Positions 63,696-64,000 of a DNA stretch of 64,000 bases are shown here, in pieces (within the stretch, counting starts at the first letter, position 1; the number at the start of each line of letters is the position of its first letter). Position numbers and translations under genes: made by a program. This DNA comes from Candidatus Bathyarchaeota archaeon (GTDB lineage: Archaea > Thermoproteota > Bathyarchaeia > 40CM-2-53-6), in contig CAWHWX010000018.1 in NCBI GenBank assembly GCA_963833125.1, positions 96,001-160,000 of the forward strand. Reading direction: 5' to 3'. The notes below the pieces were generated by a model. The model was not told where the DNA came from and searched no databases. It worked only from the letters and a program-made list of their open reading frames with translations.

Positions 63696-63966
63696 AGGCT
63701 GCGCCATCTGCCAATCCACCTGGGGCGACTACTGGGCCGAGGTGGAAGGGCAGAGAATGTTCTTCTGCTGTGAACTATGTGAAGTTGAATTTCGGAATAT
63801 GATCGGGCAAATCAAACATAGAACAGGGTGGAAGCAAATCGATGAGGTTCAGATAACGGGAGATCCTAGGGGCAGAGAGTGCACAGCTTTACTCAAGACT
63901 AATGCGTATCATTTCTTTATTCGATTTAACTCCCAGGGCGGCATCGAAACATTTCAGGAAAAGTGA
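63682..63966 (+). CDS. TA0938-like (TRASH/YHS-type Cys-rich) protein
   Basis: GCAICQSTWGDYW..VEGQRMFFCCELC; overlaps the upstream gene. Confidence 0.7.
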   Translation: MKVPEGCAICQSTWGDYWAEVEGQRMFFCCELCEVEFRNMIGQIKHRTGWKQIDEVQITGDPRGRECTALLKTNAYHFFIRFNSQGGIETFQEK

Positions 63967-64000
63967 ACGAGCCGCAGAGTAAGTATAGATTACCAGCTAA

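Overview
Archaeal chromosomal segment, most consistent with a TACK lineage such as Bathyarchaeia (inferred from archaeal/eukaryote-type ribosomal proteins, eIF6, Spt5, FEN1 with PIP-box, a CFI-box-CTERM protein, frequent TTG starts and multi-intron tRNAs). It contains: housekeeping and tRNA-modification genes (1-8 kb); a nucleotide-sugar/N-glycosylation cluster with two TrmB paralogs (8.5-18 kb); an ABC exporter; a surface-protein/zinc-ribbon/transglutaminase locus between tRNA-Ala and tRNA-Phe (20-25 kb); an arsenic island (arsC-arsR-arsM-acr3); a variable signalling region downstream of tRNA-Gly studded with degenerate copies of the tRNA 3' end (30-34 kb); a ribosomal superoperon with an internal inversion and an inserted catabolic cassette (37-53 kb); alaS-leuS; tRNA-Arg; and a terminal diiron-oxidase-like cluster. 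Four tRNA genes carry nine introns in total, all at non-canonical positions. Roughly 30 single-base frameshifts, several in essential genes, point to long-read consensus errors, so single-base anomalies need read-level confirmation. Best candidates for new biology: the tRNA-derived att-like repeat series, and the HTH regulator with a tiny paralogous upstream peptide and shared promoter motif.
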